The notes under the pieces are model-generated. The model saw only the letters and a program-made list of their open reading frames with translations. It searched no databases and had not been told where the DNA came from. The translations under genes were made by a program, and so were the position numbers. Positions 45,635-56,321 of a stretch of 62,245 nucleotides of DNA are shown piece after piece (the stretch's first letter is position 1; the number at the start of each line of letters is the position of its first letter). Source of the DNA: an uncultured Gammaproteobacteria bacterium (GTDB lineage: Bacteria; Pseudomonadota; Gammaproteobacteria; CAYSGV01); the NCBI GenBank assembly GCA_964430685.1, contig CAYSGV010000001.1, positions 1 to 62,245 on the forward strand, written 5' to 3'.

Positions 45635-46759
45635 ATGGATGTGTTAACGCAAACTACACAAATGTATTTAACCACTTTTCGTGGTTTTATGAGCCAATTT
45701 TTGCATTGGGGACAAATACTCTTTATGGGTTTGTTGACCCTAAATCTCCTATGGCTCTTTTTATGGTATGCGTTTGATAAGGAATCCATTGCACAAGCAT
45801 TGTCTGATTTTATAAAACTATTTTTTATTATGCTTTTGTTTTATTCAATCATGTTACACCCAGAGTGGTTATTTAGTATTGTTGAAAGCAGTCAAAAAAT
45901 GGGGCAGGGGCTTTCTAAAATTCCTTTACATCCATCAGGGATTATTGAACAAGGCATTGCGATTGCCAATAAAGTGCTTGAGCCTGCGCAAAGTGCTGGC
46001 CTATTACAACACTTTATAAGTGCTTTTGTAGCCTTCGTTGCCTATTTGGTTATTTTATTTTCCTTTATTACGATAGCACTCGAGGTAGCACTTACTTTAA
46101 TTGTGACAACTGCACTCATTGCCATTGCCTCACTTTTCTTAGGTTTTGCAGCGCTGCAAGCAACCAGTCAAATTGCCAGACAGACATTGGATGCGATATT
46201 AGGTAATTGTGTCAAATTATTAGGTTTATATCTGGTGATTGCGGCTGGCGGCTCTAGTATTACCGAGTTAAGTGCGCAAGTACCACAAACCTGGGAATCA
46301 CTCGACCCTTATGTGTGGATTGTTGCAACCTCCCTTCTCTTTTGGTTAGTGGCGCGAAACTTACCCAATCAACTCGCTCGTATTGTTTCAGGCTGTATTC
46401 AAGACCACCACGGTACCAGTAGCGCTGCCATAGCATTCGCAGCACTTCGTACCGCGCAGATGGGTAAATCAATTATGAGTGCTGTCGGTACGGGGTTAGG
46501 GAAAGGATTAGCTCTGGCTGGTAGTGTGGCACACCATGCGGCCGCTCGTTTTCCTAATGGTGTAGCAGACATGGCGATGGGAACCGTAAAAGATTTAGGG
46601 AGCTCCATAGGCGGTAGCTTATCAGATAGAGCACATCATATTGCCAGTAAAAGTGTGGGAGGTACCGGTGTTGCTGCCCATTACGCAGATATCCCTTCAA
46701 TATCCCAGCGGATGCATTCAAAAGCACAGGATGTGAAAGCATCCAGGGCAAAGGAGTAA
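45635..46759 (+). CDS. trbL: TrbL (VirB6-like polytopic membrane protein)
   Basis: 374 aa with multiple TM segments and a Gly/Ala/Ser-rich C-terminus. Operon position fits. Confidence 0.8.
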   Translation: MDVLTQTTQMYLTTFRGFMSQFLHWGQILFMGLLTLNLLWLFLWYAFDKESIAQALSDFIKLFFIMLLFYSIMLHPEWLFSIVESSQKMGQGLSKIPLHPSGIIEQGIAIANKVLEPAQSAGLLQHFISAFVAFVAYLVILFSFITIALEVALTLIVTTALIAIASLFLGFAALQATSQIARQTLDAILGNCVKLLGLYLVIAAGGSSITELSAQVPQTWESLDPYVWIVATSLLFWLVARNLPNQLARIVSGCIQDHHGTSSAAIAFAALRTAQMGKSIMSAVGTGLGKGLALAGSVAHHAAARFPNGVADMAMGTVKDLGSSIGGSLSDRAHHIASKSVGGTGVAAHYADIPSISQRMHSKAQDVKASRAKE

Positions 46760-46765
46760 GGCTAG

Positions 46766-47419
46766 ATGAAGCGCCAAATGCTCCCCGTATTTGCAGCGGC
46801 CAGCGGTAAAGAAGTTTGGCTTAATCGCTTTGCTCAGTTACAAAAAACAATACTACATTGGCAAGTCGCCTTTAGTGTCGTTCTAGTTATTTGTTTTCTC
46901 TTGGTTGCAGGATTCGTCATCATTTCTTTGCAGAGTAAAATACAGCCGGTTGTGGTTGAAACCTATCAGGGAACACCAACGCGTCTTATTCCTATTTCGG
47001 AAAACTTAAATGCTAGCCAAAAACTAACACAATATTTAGTGAGCCAATATATATTAAATGCACGCAGTATTGTTTCAGATACAGCTGCACAAGAAGCACT
47101 GTTACAAAAAGTCTACGCCTTTTCAGCGGAAGCAACGTTACCTTTTTTACGTCAATATTATCAAGCCAATAACCCATTTACACTCGGTGTTCAATCAGCC
47201 ACACATATTAGGTTATTGAGCGTCATCCCCATTAGTGCGTCCAGTTGGCAAGTAACATGGGAAGAAGAAAGTAATCCAAATGGTGGGCTTAAAAAGCAAC
47301 AAAAATGGCTTGCAACCCTAACGATTCGCGAGGGGAAAATCAATCCTCATTTTGTGAATGAGAATCCCTTTGGCTTATATATAACCAATCTATCTTGGTC
47401 ACCATTACCTGAGAATTAA
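46766..47419 (+). CDS. trbF: TrbF (VirB8-like)
   Basis: 217 aa with a single N-terminal TM and a periplasmic domain. AAGGAG SD. Operon position fits. Confidence 0.8.
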   Translation: MKRQMLPVFAAASGKEVWLNRFAQLQKTILHWQVAFSVVLVICFLLVAGFVIISLQSKIQPVVVETYQGTPTRLIPISENLNASQKLTQYLVSQYILNARSIVSDTAAQEALLQKVYAFSAEATLPFLRQYYQANNPFTLGVQSATHIRLLSVIPISASSWQVTWEEESNPNGGLKKQQKWLATLTIREGKINPHFVNENPFGLYITNLSWSPLPEN

Positions 47420-47433
47420 ATAGGAGAATAATT

Positions 47434-48258
47434 ATGCGAATAACCAGATGCCTTTATATCCCATTAATATGGGTGACATTATCTAGTTATACTGCCTTAT
47501 CTTTTGCTTCTAAAACTGACGCATTAGATAGCATTTATCAGCATTATTTAAAAACAGGACAAGCCAAAAATATAGTCACGGATGGTTTTGTTCAATTTGC
47601 TTATGGCGTCAATGCACAACCTATTATTTCAACCCATCCATTAGAGTTAACGGTTATTTCACTAGAGCCAGGAGAACAAGTCACTAATGTCTCAAGCGGT
47701 GACCCGATGCGCTGGTCTTATTCTTTGGCCTATTCAGGGGAAGGAAATAACAAACAAGCACATGTGATGGTTAAACCTTCGGAGAATCAAATTGCAACCG
47801 ATTTGGTCATTATGACCGATAGACGTTTTTATACATTAAAATTAGTGGCCACAAATAATGGCAAATATATTCGTGATGTACGATTCTGGTATCCAGAATC
47901 TGTTAAAGCGCAATTTTTGCAATATCAAACGCAACAAAGCCATACCATTGCACAGTTGCCGAGTTTAAATTTAAGTGAACTTAATTTTAATTATCAAATT
48001 AAAAGCGCATTTTTCGATAAAACACCTTCCTGGAAGCCGCAACAAGTTTTTGATGATGGCAGGCACACTTTTATTCAATTTAGAGAAATGTCTCAAGAAA
48101 AACCAGCTTTGTTTATCAAACAAGGCAAAGAATTACAACTGGTTAATTATCGTGTTCAAGCCCCTTATTACATTGTTGACCGAATCTTTGATGAGGCAAT
48201 GCTTATCAGTGGAGTGAACCGAGCCAAACAACAAATCACAATTCAACGAGTAGGCTAG
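47434..48258 (+). CDS. trbG: TrbG (VirB9-like)
   Basis: Signal peptide, then ...RFYTLKLVAT... and a C-terminal ...PALFI...G...LVNYRV... pattern. Operon position fits. Confidence 0.8.
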   Translation: MRITRCLYIPLIWVTLSSYTALSFASKTDALDSIYQHYLKTGQAKNIVTDGFVQFAYGVNAQPIISTHPLELTVISLEPGEQVTNVSSGDPMRWSYSLAYSGEGNNKQAHVMVKPSENQIATDLVIMTDRRFYTLKLVATNNGKYIRDVRFWYPESVKAQFLQYQTQQSHTIAQLPSLNLSELNFNYQIKSAFFDKTPSWKPQQVFDDGRHTFIQFREMSQEKPALFIKQGKELQLVNYRVQAPYYIVDRIFDEAMLISGVNRAKQQITIQRVG

Positions 48259-48265
48259 AGTCAAA

Positions 48266-49402
48266 ATGATGCTTTCAAATCCGATTCCACAAACAGTACA
48301 ACTGCGAAAAGGATTTTTAATTCTTGCGACCGTAATTGGCCTTGCGGTGATTGGATTAATTCTATGGAATATGCTTTTTTCAAGCCATAGTGTCAAACAA
48401 GAAAAAACGAATGACAATGAAATTAAAGTATTTGCAGAGCCGAATGAAAAAATATTAATGCAATCAGCCACACAAAGAAGCAATCTGTCTGAGCAAAACG
48501 CGTTAATGAATGAAACATCAACTTCAATTGCTTCTACAGATTCAAATGTAGCGTCAGGACAAGGAGAGACAGAAAATCAATCTCTAATAAAGGCAATACA
48601 AACAAACCCAACACTGTCAAAAGTGGAACTTGAGGAACAAGCACAACATACACCCATTAGTCAAAACCAGTTAAATGTGGATGTACGACATAGTTTAGAA
48701 GCTGTGAGTAATTCTGAATCAAAAGAAAAGGAGGATTTATCAGCGAAAGAAAAATTTTTACAGCGTACATCCACATCCCAAATGCAACATGTATCAGTTG
48801 AACGACCATTAAGTAGCGCACTTATCCAAGCCGGAACCTTAATTCCTGCTGTCTTGTTAACCGGTGTAAATTCAGATTTACCAGGAGAACTCATCGCTCA
48901 GGTACGTTTCCCCGTCTATAATTCATTAACTGCACATCAAGTCTTAATACCAGCCGGCACTAAAATCATTGGTCGTTATGATGCACAAATTGCCTATGGG
49001 CAGGAGCGGGTACTAATCGTTTGGAATCGCTTGTTATTTTCCAATGGGCAAACGATTAACTTACAAGCCATGCCGGGTGTTGATGCGCAAGGCCAGGCCG
49101 GATTTCACGACCAAGTTGATCAACACTTACAAAAATTGGTTACGGGTGTACTCCTCACAAGCATATTAAGCAGCGGAGCACAATTAGCACAACCGCCCCA
49201 ATCCAACACGCTTTTTACTGCGCCCACTGTTGGTCAGACCCTTGCACAAAACTTAGGTACCTCCATTGCAAATACGGGAAATAGTTTGCTTGAAAAGAAC
49301 TTAAGTGTGCAACCCACGCTTACCATTAGTCCTGGTTACCTATTTAATATTTTAGTAACTAAGGATTTAGTATTTCCTGAAAACGATTGGGAGGCGCATT
49401 AA
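48266..49402 (+). CDS. trbI: TrbI (VirB10-like)
   Basis: N-terminal TM, a low-complexity linker, and a C-terminal domain GTLIPAVLLTGVNSDLPG...V...D....G...LIPAG......G...G..RV...W. Confidence 0.85.
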   Translation: MMLSNPIPQTVQLRKGFLILATVIGLAVIGLILWNMLFSSHSVKQEKTNDNEIKVFAEPNEKILMQSATQRSNLSEQNALMNETSTSIASTDSNVASGQGETENQSLIKAIQTNPTLSKVELEEQAQHTPISQNQLNVDVRHSLEAVSNSESKEKEDLSAKEKFLQRTSTSQMQHVSVERPLSSALIQAGTLIPAVLLTGVNSDLPGELIAQVRFPVYNSLTAHQVLIPAGTKIIGRYDAQIAYGQERVLIVWNRLLFSNGQTINLQAMPGVDAQGQAGFHDQVDQHLQKLVTGVLLTSILSSGAQLAQPPQSNTLFTAPTVGQTLAQNLGTSIANTGNSLLEKNLSVQPTLTISPGYLFNILVTKDLVFPENDWEAH

Positions 49403-49403
49403 T

Positions 49404-50111
49404 ATGAAAAGAATCCTCTCATTGATATTTGCAACATTTCTTTATCATGCATCGGTTAATGCAGCAGATGAATTGTCAAAAGCTCATGATGTTCCATTAA
49501 ATATTCAAACACCGCTAGGTAGCGTTCAATCACCCACATTTGATGGCGGTATGATAAATAGTGCTGGACCTCAAAAAAATAATGAATTAATCATTTCACC
49601 TTCTATTAAAGGAGAGAGAAATATTTCGGATGCTTGGGCAAATTCCAGACTCGTTAAACGTGTGCTCACCAACGCAGCGCAATCAGGGAAACTTGATTTT
49701 GTTTTGCGAGAGGCTGAAAAATTACATTTACCAGCAAGTGTTGCATTGGTTCCCATCGTCGAAAGTCATTATCAGGATAAAGCTATCTCTAATAAAGGTG
49801 CAGCAGGCGCTTGGCAGCTCATGCCAAATACAGCAATGCAATATGGCCTCCCCAAACATCAACGGTTTGAATTTATCCCCGCAACAAAAGTAGCACTGAA
49901 ACATTTACAAAAATTAGATGCCCAATTTAACAATTGGGAGTTAAGTTTTGCTGCTTATCATGCCGGAGCAGGGCGGATAATGAAAGCACTTAAACAAAAC
50001 CCTCATGCCAAATCCCTTAATGAACTTTTGATACCAAGTAGCACAAAAGACTATGTACGCCGGTTACGGCTGCTCAATGAGCGCTTGCAACGCATGGAGG
50101 CGAGCTCATGA
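49404..50111 (+). CDS. lytic transglycosylase (SLT domain, VirB1-like function)
   Basis: Signal peptide, then VESHYQDKAISNKGAAGAWQLMPNTA (ES...S..GA.G.MQ motif) and ..AAYHAGAGR. Confidence 0.8.
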   Translation: MKRILSLIFATFLYHASVNAADELSKAHDVPLNIQTPLGSVQSPTFDGGMINSAGPQKNNELIISPSIKGERNISDAWANSRLVKRVLTNAAQSGKLDFVLREAEKLHLPASVALVPIVESHYQDKAISNKGAAGAWQLMPNTAMQYGLPKHQRFEFIPATKVALKHLQKLDAQFNNWELSFAAYHAGAGRIMKALKQNPHAKSLNELLIPSSTKDYVRRLRLLNERLQRMEASS

Positions 50112-51919
50112 GCGAAGCGAGACTATCTTGGTCTGTGAGGGCAATCATCCCATTTTTATATTTAGTGTTAGCTATTTGTACAACCGCATATCCATATCTA
50201 ACTGCATTGAAAGTTAGTTGGCTGAGTATCCAGCCTAAACTCATCGTTGTGTTTGCAACTTGTATTCTGACGAGCTTTTTCATCGTAAAAGACCAACAGG
50301 AAATAAAAACTATCGTTGCACGTGCTGGCTTTGGAAGTACGCTTATCGTTGTAGGGATGCTCGCCATTATGGCGCAAAAAGAACCAGCATTTTTGCAACA
50401 AGTTGTTTATAACTTTCCTATGTATTTATTATTACCCTTTTCGCTTGCAATCTTAGGGCAATTCCTATTTACAATTAAAGTCAATAAAAAATCAAAGCAT
50501 GCGTATTTTGGGAGTGCGGCTTGGGCAAATAAGCAAGATTTAGCAAATCTGAATGTTTATTCGAAACAAAATGGATTATGGGTAGGGGCTGATTTTAAAG
50601 GTAAGAATTTATATTTACCGTTACAGAATAAATTAATCTTGGCACCACCGGGTGGTGGTAAAACCAGCTGTGCCAGTATTCCTGCTTTATTAAGTTATGA
50701 AGGACCTGTTTTTGTTTTTGACGTTAAAGGCGAATTATGGGCAACAACGGCACGCCACCGTGCGCAATCACTTAAACGAAAAATCATTACTATCGATCCA
50801 TTTGGTGTGACTAGACAGCCTCATTTTGCTGCGCATAAACCAGCTACTCTTTTAGAAGAATATTGTTTTAATCCTTTAGATTTGTTGATGGATGGGGTGA
50901 ATGATTCCGATCGAATTTTAACAGCCTTTGCAGCAAGCCTATTAATTACAGAGGGTGGGTATGCCAAGCATTTTGAAGAAAATGCCAAAATACTTATACG
51001 CGGTATCTTAGATTATTTAATAGCGCAAAATCATTTGCCTCGTACGTTACCGACCCTCTATCAATTACTAAGTGATCCACCGGAAGCACTCAAACAAACA
51101 TTCATTGATATGCAAGACTATTCAGAGCGAGCAGCTTCTGCGGCCAACCAAGTATTACGTGTCGGCGGTGATGAGAAGGGTAGTATTTTATCAACCACCT
51201 ACCGGCAATTGGATTGGCTCAGTGATCGCAATATACAACGTGTATTAAACCGCAGTAATTTTGATTTACGCGACTTTTTAGATGGGAATATGGATATTTA
51301 CCTCATTTTACCTGAAGATCAGGTCAAAGAGTACGCGCGTTTGGTACGCATGATAATGACAATGTTGATGTTTTTGTTTGTCCAGACTAAACGAACAGAG
51401 AAGCCAAAACAAAAAGTATTATTTTTATTGGAAGAAGTTGCACAGTTAGGTTACTGCGCAGACGTTGAGCAAGCCATTGAAATCTTACGCGCCAGAGGCG
51501 TTGTGATTTGGACATTTTTCCAATCCTTAAGTCAAATTAAAAGTTATCAAAAGCCAGATTTATTTTTAGGGGCACCAATCAAACAAATATTCACCATTGA
51601 TGATGTGCCAACCATGCAGTGGGTGCAAAGCTTGGCTGGGAAACAAACCATACAAGTAAGCAATCAAACAATGAGCAAAGGTAAATCTAAACGTTTTTGG
51701 CAATTAAATAGTAACACTATTACAAGTGGAACAGGGGAGAGTATTCATGAAACGGGCGTAGATTTATTACATTTGAATGAAATTCGAGAGCTGCCTAAAG
51801 ATGAACAATTGATTTTCATTCAAAGTGCACGACCCATTCATTGTCAAAAAATTCAATATCTGAATCATCCTTTATTTGAAGGGAAATATGATTCAAATCC
51901 ATTGGAAGATAGTAATTAA
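50108..51919 (+). CDS. traG: TraG/VirD4-family type IV coupling protein
   Basis: N-terminal TM segments, Walker A LILAPPGGGKTS, LFLLEEVAQLG, and VIWTFFQSLSQI (the FQS motif region). Confidence 0.9.
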   Translation: MSEARLSWSVRAIIPFLYLVLAICTTAYPYLTALKVSWLSIQPKLIVVFATCILTSFFIVKDQQEIKTIVARAGFGSTLIVVGMLAIMAQKEPAFLQQVVYNFPMYLLLPFSLAILGQFLFTIKVNKKSKHAYFGSAAWANKQDLANLNVYSKQNGLWVGADFKGKNLYLPLQNKLILAPPGGGKTSCASIPALLSYEGPVFVFDVKGELWATTARHRAQSLKRKIITIDPFGVTRQPHFAAHKPATLLEEYCFNPLDLLMDGVNDSDRILTAFAASLLITEGGYAKHFEENAKILIRGILDYLIAQNHLPRTLPTLYQLLSDPPEALKQTFIDMQDYSERAASAANQVLRVGGDEKGSILSTTYRQLDWLSDRNIQRVLNRSNFDLRDFLDGNMDIYLILPEDQVKEYARLVRMIMTMLMFLFVQTKRTEKPKQKVLFLLEEVAQLGYCADVEQAIEILRARGVVIWTFFQSLSQIKSYQKPDLFLGAPIKQIFTIDDVPTMQWVQSLAGKQTIQVSNQTMSKGKSKRFWQLNSNTITSGTGESIHETGVDLLHLNEIRELPKDEQLIFIQSARPIHCQKIQYLNHPLFEGKYDSNPLEDSN

Positions 51920-51940
51920 AAGATTAGGAGGAAAAATTAT

Positions 51941-52303
51941 ATGTGGAATCGATTTTCATTTTGGTGTGCACCAGACGGTTGTTTAGGTGGTGGGCTTCGA
52001 ACCATTCTTCGCAAAGGCTTTCCCATGGCAGCCGGTGCGCTTACAGGCATTTTGGCAAACCAACTGATTATTAAATATCTGCAAAACGAACCAGCCTTTA
52101 TGGATATTGCTCTTAGTGATGGCGGTGGCGTGTTAACGGCGATATTGGTGCAACCATTAATGGATTATCTATTGGAATGCTGTTGGCATGCTCGGTATGA
52201 GGATAACTATCGTGACATGGTGCCATTGGACGAGATTATGGATGCCTTACCTTCACCAGCATTGGTTCGCAGTTTAACCGAGACGCCAGTGCCACAAATT
52301 TAA
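51941..52303 (+). CDS. hypothetical small protein
   Basis: 120 aa with a strong AGGAGG SD. Confidence 0.5.
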   Translation: MWNRFSFWCAPDGCLGGGLRTILRKGFPMAAGALTGILANQLIIKYLQNEPAFMDIALSDGGGVLTAILVQPLMDYLLECCWHARYEDNYRDMVPLDEIMDALPSPALVRSLTETPVPQI

Positions 52304-52343
52304 AGGATTAATGCAATTACATTCTAACAAAAGGAGTTTAACG

Positions 52344-55300
52344 ATGTACCCTTTACAAATTTTTAGATTTGGACCATTTAATTATCGAGCCGTAAATCAA
52401 CAATTCGGGTTACCGAAATTGAAACATCACGGTCTAAAGAGTTTATTAGAACCCTTTCAAACACATTTGCAAACAGGGTTTGATGTCTACGCTCAGGCTC
52501 ATTTGATGTATCAGCCAGTGCAAAGTCCTAAACAAAAATGGTCACAACAACGCGCTAAGTTCAAAGCCAAGAAAAAACCTTCTTTAGCTGAGTTGCGTGT
52601 TCAAGTTAAAACCTTACAAAAGGCAGGAAAAGAATTAGCCGTTGATAATACATTGATGGTGCGGGAACAAGTATCAGGGAGTTTTTCTAGTGAAAAAATG
52701 TGGGCAGCATTAGAACGTTTATGTAGTCAAAATGGTGAACAAAAAAAACAATATACTATGCTCAATCAACAGGTTGGGTCCATTGTTCAATTTATTAATT
52801 TTTCAAGTGATGCCCTTCTTTTTGTTACACAAGAAATTTTGCCAAATATTTATATGGCAGTTAACTCGGCTTTGTGTGAATTAAGAGAAAAGAAAGGGAA
52901 AGTTGATGCGAATTTTTATAAAGCCTACGAGACTTATCTGATAGGACTATCTGAGCAATTATTAGGAGATTCTACTGAAACAAATTTAAGTGAAATCGGT
53001 AAGTTACAAGAAAACATGTATGCTCGTTTAACTTGCTTTGCGATCTATGGACATGATGATGTATTGGCGCAATGTCATCACGAGTTTAAGAAAATTAAGG
53101 CGGTGAGTAGTTTGCCTATGGTTCATGCTCAAATCCCAGCAGCCTCTAAAATGAACAGACAAGCTTTTGAGGAGTTTCATCGTATTATTGCTTTTTTTGG
53201 TCGAGAAGAGGGTAAAGAGAAGCTTAAAGCATTCCCTTGGTTTCAGAGTCAAGCCACTGAAGGCATGATTCCTATGGAAAATATAATGACCGATAATGGT
53301 TGCTGGTTAATTCCTACAGAATTTGTCAAGTTTATACCGAAAGAAACGAGTATACCGGAATGGTTATTTCTAGGTACAACGCTTCGCTATTGGTTTTTCC
53401 GTGAACAATTTTATGAACTTGCGCGGCTTAATACTTCTCTTGCTGAAATCAAACAAACACTCGAGCAAGAAAAAATGTCACACGATTCATTTTTAAAAGC
53501 GCATAACCATGTAAAAAGTGCACAAAGTATAATTCAAAGCCTTCGCTCTTACGCGAAGAATTCGAGACTAGGGTGGTTTGCACGATTATTCTTTGGTGAT
53601 ACTGATAAATTAATTAAGCAATGGCAATCTAGATTGTCAGCAACAGCACAGGAACTTGATACATGGCAACTCGAATTAAATGAGCAATTTGCTAAGCAAG
53701 AGAGTAACCTTTTACTTTCCGGTTTAACTGCTCATAAACATGAGGCCGTACAAGGGATTCTTGAGCAGGTGTCGCAATACCAAACTGTGTCAGAACTACA
53801 GTCACGCGCGCAACTTGCACAAAGTACTTACTCAGATAAGACCAATATACTGGGGCAATTCTTACCAAAATTAGTTAAAGAAAGTGTCTCGCAAGAAAAT
53901 GAACGCCTAGTCCTACCCGTGCCCCAAGAGGAGATATCAAATACGATTGCGCAGTGTATACGACTAACAAATAATCCAAAGCTTCAAGCGGCATTAAAAA
54001 CATTAGGCGCCTTATTAGTAGGCGAATTTTCATTCGCAGAATCTTCAATTGAAGCTGTTGAGCAACAATTGCAATTACTCTTAGAGCAAGCAGCAACCGT
54101 TGAGGTGCCCTTAGCACGTCTATGTGAGTTTATTGCAAGAACTTATCTCTTACCACGCATCAAAGACAGTGCTAGTCCTGGATTTATTTATGCTAAACGA
54201 TGGGCACCGCAGGCAGTCGAGCTATGGTGGCAACAACATGAATTAGCGGTTACAGAGTTTCTGATAGCTATGCGAAAACTATTTATCGAAATTCCGCAAG
54301 AAGGAAAAGTAATACCATTAGGACAAGAAATTGATTTAAACATCAATGGGAGTGAGCGGAAGTTTACACCGAAACAATTGTATACGAGCATCAAACAGTT
54401 CTATGCAATGGCACATGAGTTTCCTCAATACCAGGAAGAATTACATGGGCATGTAAGAGCTTATCTAAAAACGTATTCGGGGCAAGATAACCTTTATCAA
54501 TCATTTATATTGATTTGTGCTGATAAAAGCCTATATCTGGATTACAGTACTAAACGATTACGTTTCCTCTTGGGTAAGCTTGGCTATCGAGAGCTTGCCC
54601 AAGATGTGACTTTTACTTTGAATCCGCCGGATGCGTTTTTTATCAAAGAATGGAGTTCAATCATTCGTCAACACCTTTCCTCAGTGAAGGAATGGGATCC
54701 GTATTTGCTAGAGTTAATAGAAAAGCTCAAGGATAAAACGTTAGCGCAAGATTATCGCTTCATGGCGCTTGCACAAAAGCTAAAACCACAACTTAAAGAC
54801 GCTGTTAATAGTTATGTTTTCAGTGAGAAAGAGAGTTCGAAACTGCTGGTAGATGCTTACGGTGAGCACAATATAAATGAATTAATCAAGTTAATGAGAA
54901 GCTTTATCGATGGTTATGTCGATAACGATTCTGGTCTACAAATAATGGAATGTATTTTAAGTGAGGAGTTTATCACGACTTATCATTGTGAATCCTTAAA
55001 GCGCGATTTCTATACGCTTAAAAAGCGCGCTCTTTTAATGAAGCAATTACAAGAGCATCAGATTAGCGTTGAGAAAGCCTTGCAAGCAGAGCACTACCAT
55101 GAGGCCGTAGATCCCATACTATCCTTATACACACGCTGGAAAACGGCTAGCAACCCTCTAGAGAAGCAAGAATGTCTAAAAGTATTGCAAGCGCTATTTA
55201 GTCAATTGGGTAACCACATCAGACTACAAATCAGCAAACTAAATTATCAGGCCAATATTGACTTGAAAGCAGCATGTTTGGACAAATTACCTAAAGATAT

Positions 55301-56321
55301 CCCCATCCATCCCGATATAGCCTTCCTATTGGTTTTATGTACCCATCAAGAGGTGGCGTACTTGTGTTGGTATGACGTACGTGATCGACAACGATTCCTT
55401 GCCAAACAGCATCGGAACTTTAAAGCGTTTAAGAAAGGCATAGCCTTGTCAGCCACAGATTTAGAGACCATGAGCGTCTATAGCCGCCTATGGGAGCTGG
55501 AATCAGATGTCTATGAATCAACACGCGCAAAACAAATGCGCCAGACCCATGAGGCTACCGTTGGGCAACTCCAACAAGTCTACCAGCATCAGATGACAAG
55601 GGGACCTCTAGCTCCAATGAAAAGTGGAGAATTGAAAAGTGCCCAACAACCACTTCACTATCTGCGTGTTTATCAACCGAGCGGTCTAGAAATTAATAGT
55701 CAGCTTCAACAATTGACTGAGCTTAATCTCTTATGGTTTTTAGTTGATACGCAAATGACCAAGGAGACGACCGAATGGCAGACTTTGATGTTCCAATGGT
55801 TAAACGCTGTCAGTCCTCCCGAGCAACAAATCTACCTTCCCCTATTCCAAAAGGATAATATCGTCAAATCAGACGTCCAGCAGTGGTTTGGGCTTTGGAT
55901 GAAAGTGTTTACTAATCAACTGATGTTTCATGGCGTTATTCAACAGAGTCGCTTAGATACCGAAAAAACCTCACCCTTTACTACCAGCTTCTGTTTGTTT
56001 AAAGAAATGTCTCAACAGAAAGATAAATTAGAGCTTGCTCAAATCAATCGACGTTTGCAGGAAAAATACCAAGCTGTTATGCATGCTTTAACTCTTCCGG
56101 CAAAATTAGATGCAGCAAGTCAGTTATGCCATGAAATGAGCCAATTGGCTATAAGTTACCAGGCACATCCTATAGGCAAGACATTACAAGCACATATTCA
56201 TAAAGACGGCTTACTGATGAAAGCACTAAACTGGCTCCAAACAGCAAATACGAGCCTCAGAGAGGAGCAACAACTGGTAACAGAAGGTCAACTCGAAACG
56301 AGGAGGGCGCTCAATGTCTAA
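52344..56321 (+). CDS. very large (about 1325 aa) helical ORFan co-oriented with and immediately downstream of the T4SS operon
   Basis: ATG 52344 with AAGGAG at 7 nt, preferred to the track start 52311. No catalytic or family motif recognised. Confidence 0.6.
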   Translation: MYPLQIFRFGPFNYRAVNQQFGLPKLKHHGLKSLLEPFQTHLQTGFDVYAQAHLMYQPVQSPKQKWSQQRAKFKAKKKPSLAELRVQVKTLQKAGKELAVDNTLMVREQVSGSFSSEKMWAALERLCSQNGEQKKQYTMLNQQVGSIVQFINFSSDALLFVTQEILPNIYMAVNSALCELREKKGKVDANFYKAYETYLIGLSEQLLGDSTETNLSEIGKLQENMYARLTCFAIYGHDDVLAQCHHEFKKIKAVSSLPMVHAQIPAASKMNRQAFEEFHRIIAFFGREEGKEKLKAFPWFQSQATEGMIPMENIMTDNGCWLIPTEFVKFIPKETSIPEWLFLGTTLRYWFFREQFYELARLNTSLAEIKQTLEQEKMSHDSFLKAHNHVKSAQSIIQSLRSYAKNSRLGWFARLFFGDTDKLIKQWQSRLSATAQELDTWQLELNEQFAKQESNLLLSGLTAHKHEAVQGILEQVSQYQTVSELQSRAQLAQSTYSDKTNILGQFLPKLVKESVSQENERLVLPVPQEEISNTIAQCIRLTNNPKLQAALKTLGALLVGEFSFAESSIEAVEQQLQLLLEQAATVEVPLARLCEFIARTYLLPRIKDSASPGFIYAKRWAPQAVELWWQQHELAVTEFLIAMRKLFIEIPQEGKVIPLGQEIDLNINGSERKFTPKQLYTSIKQFYAMAHEFPQYQEELHGHVRAYLKTYSGQDNLYQSFILICADKSLYLDYSTKRLRFLLGKLGYRELAQDVTFTLNPPDAFFIKEWSSIIRQHLSSVKEWDPYLLELIEKLKDKTLAQDYRFMALAQKLKPQLKDAVNSYVFSEKESSKLLVDAYGEHNINELIKLMRSFIDGYVDNDSGLQIMECILSEEFITTYHCESLKRDFYTLKKRALLMKQLQEHQISVEKALQAEHYHEAVDPILSLYTRWKTASNPLEKQECLKVLQALFSQLGNHIRLQISKLNYQANIDLKAACLDKLPKDIPIHPDIAFLLVLCTHQEVAYLCWYDVRDRQRFLAKQHRNFKAFKKGIALSATDLETMSVYSRLWELESDVYESTRAKQMRQTHEATVGQLQQVYQHQMTRGPLAPMKSGELKSAQQPLHYLRVYQPSGLEINSQLQQLTELNLLWFLVDTQMTKETTEWQTLMFQWLNAVSPPEQQIYLPLFQKDNIVKSDVQQWFGLWMKVFTNQLMFHGVIQQSRLDTEKTSPFTTSFCLFKEMSQQKDKLELAQINRRLQEKYQAVMHALTLPAKLDAASQLCHEMSQLAISYQAHPIGKTLQAHIHKDGLLMKALNWLQTANTSLREEQQLVTEGQLETRRALNV

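Larger units (their letters stand above)
18881..51919. mobile_element. conjugative replicon backbone (relaxosome + oriT, replication/partition core, regulator, P-type Trb T4SS + T4CP)
   Basis: Co-occurrence of traA/oriT/traC/traD, Rep_3, two parAB-type modules, trbBCDEJLFGI, an SLT gene and traG. The true element limits are not visible in the window. Confidence 0.75.
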
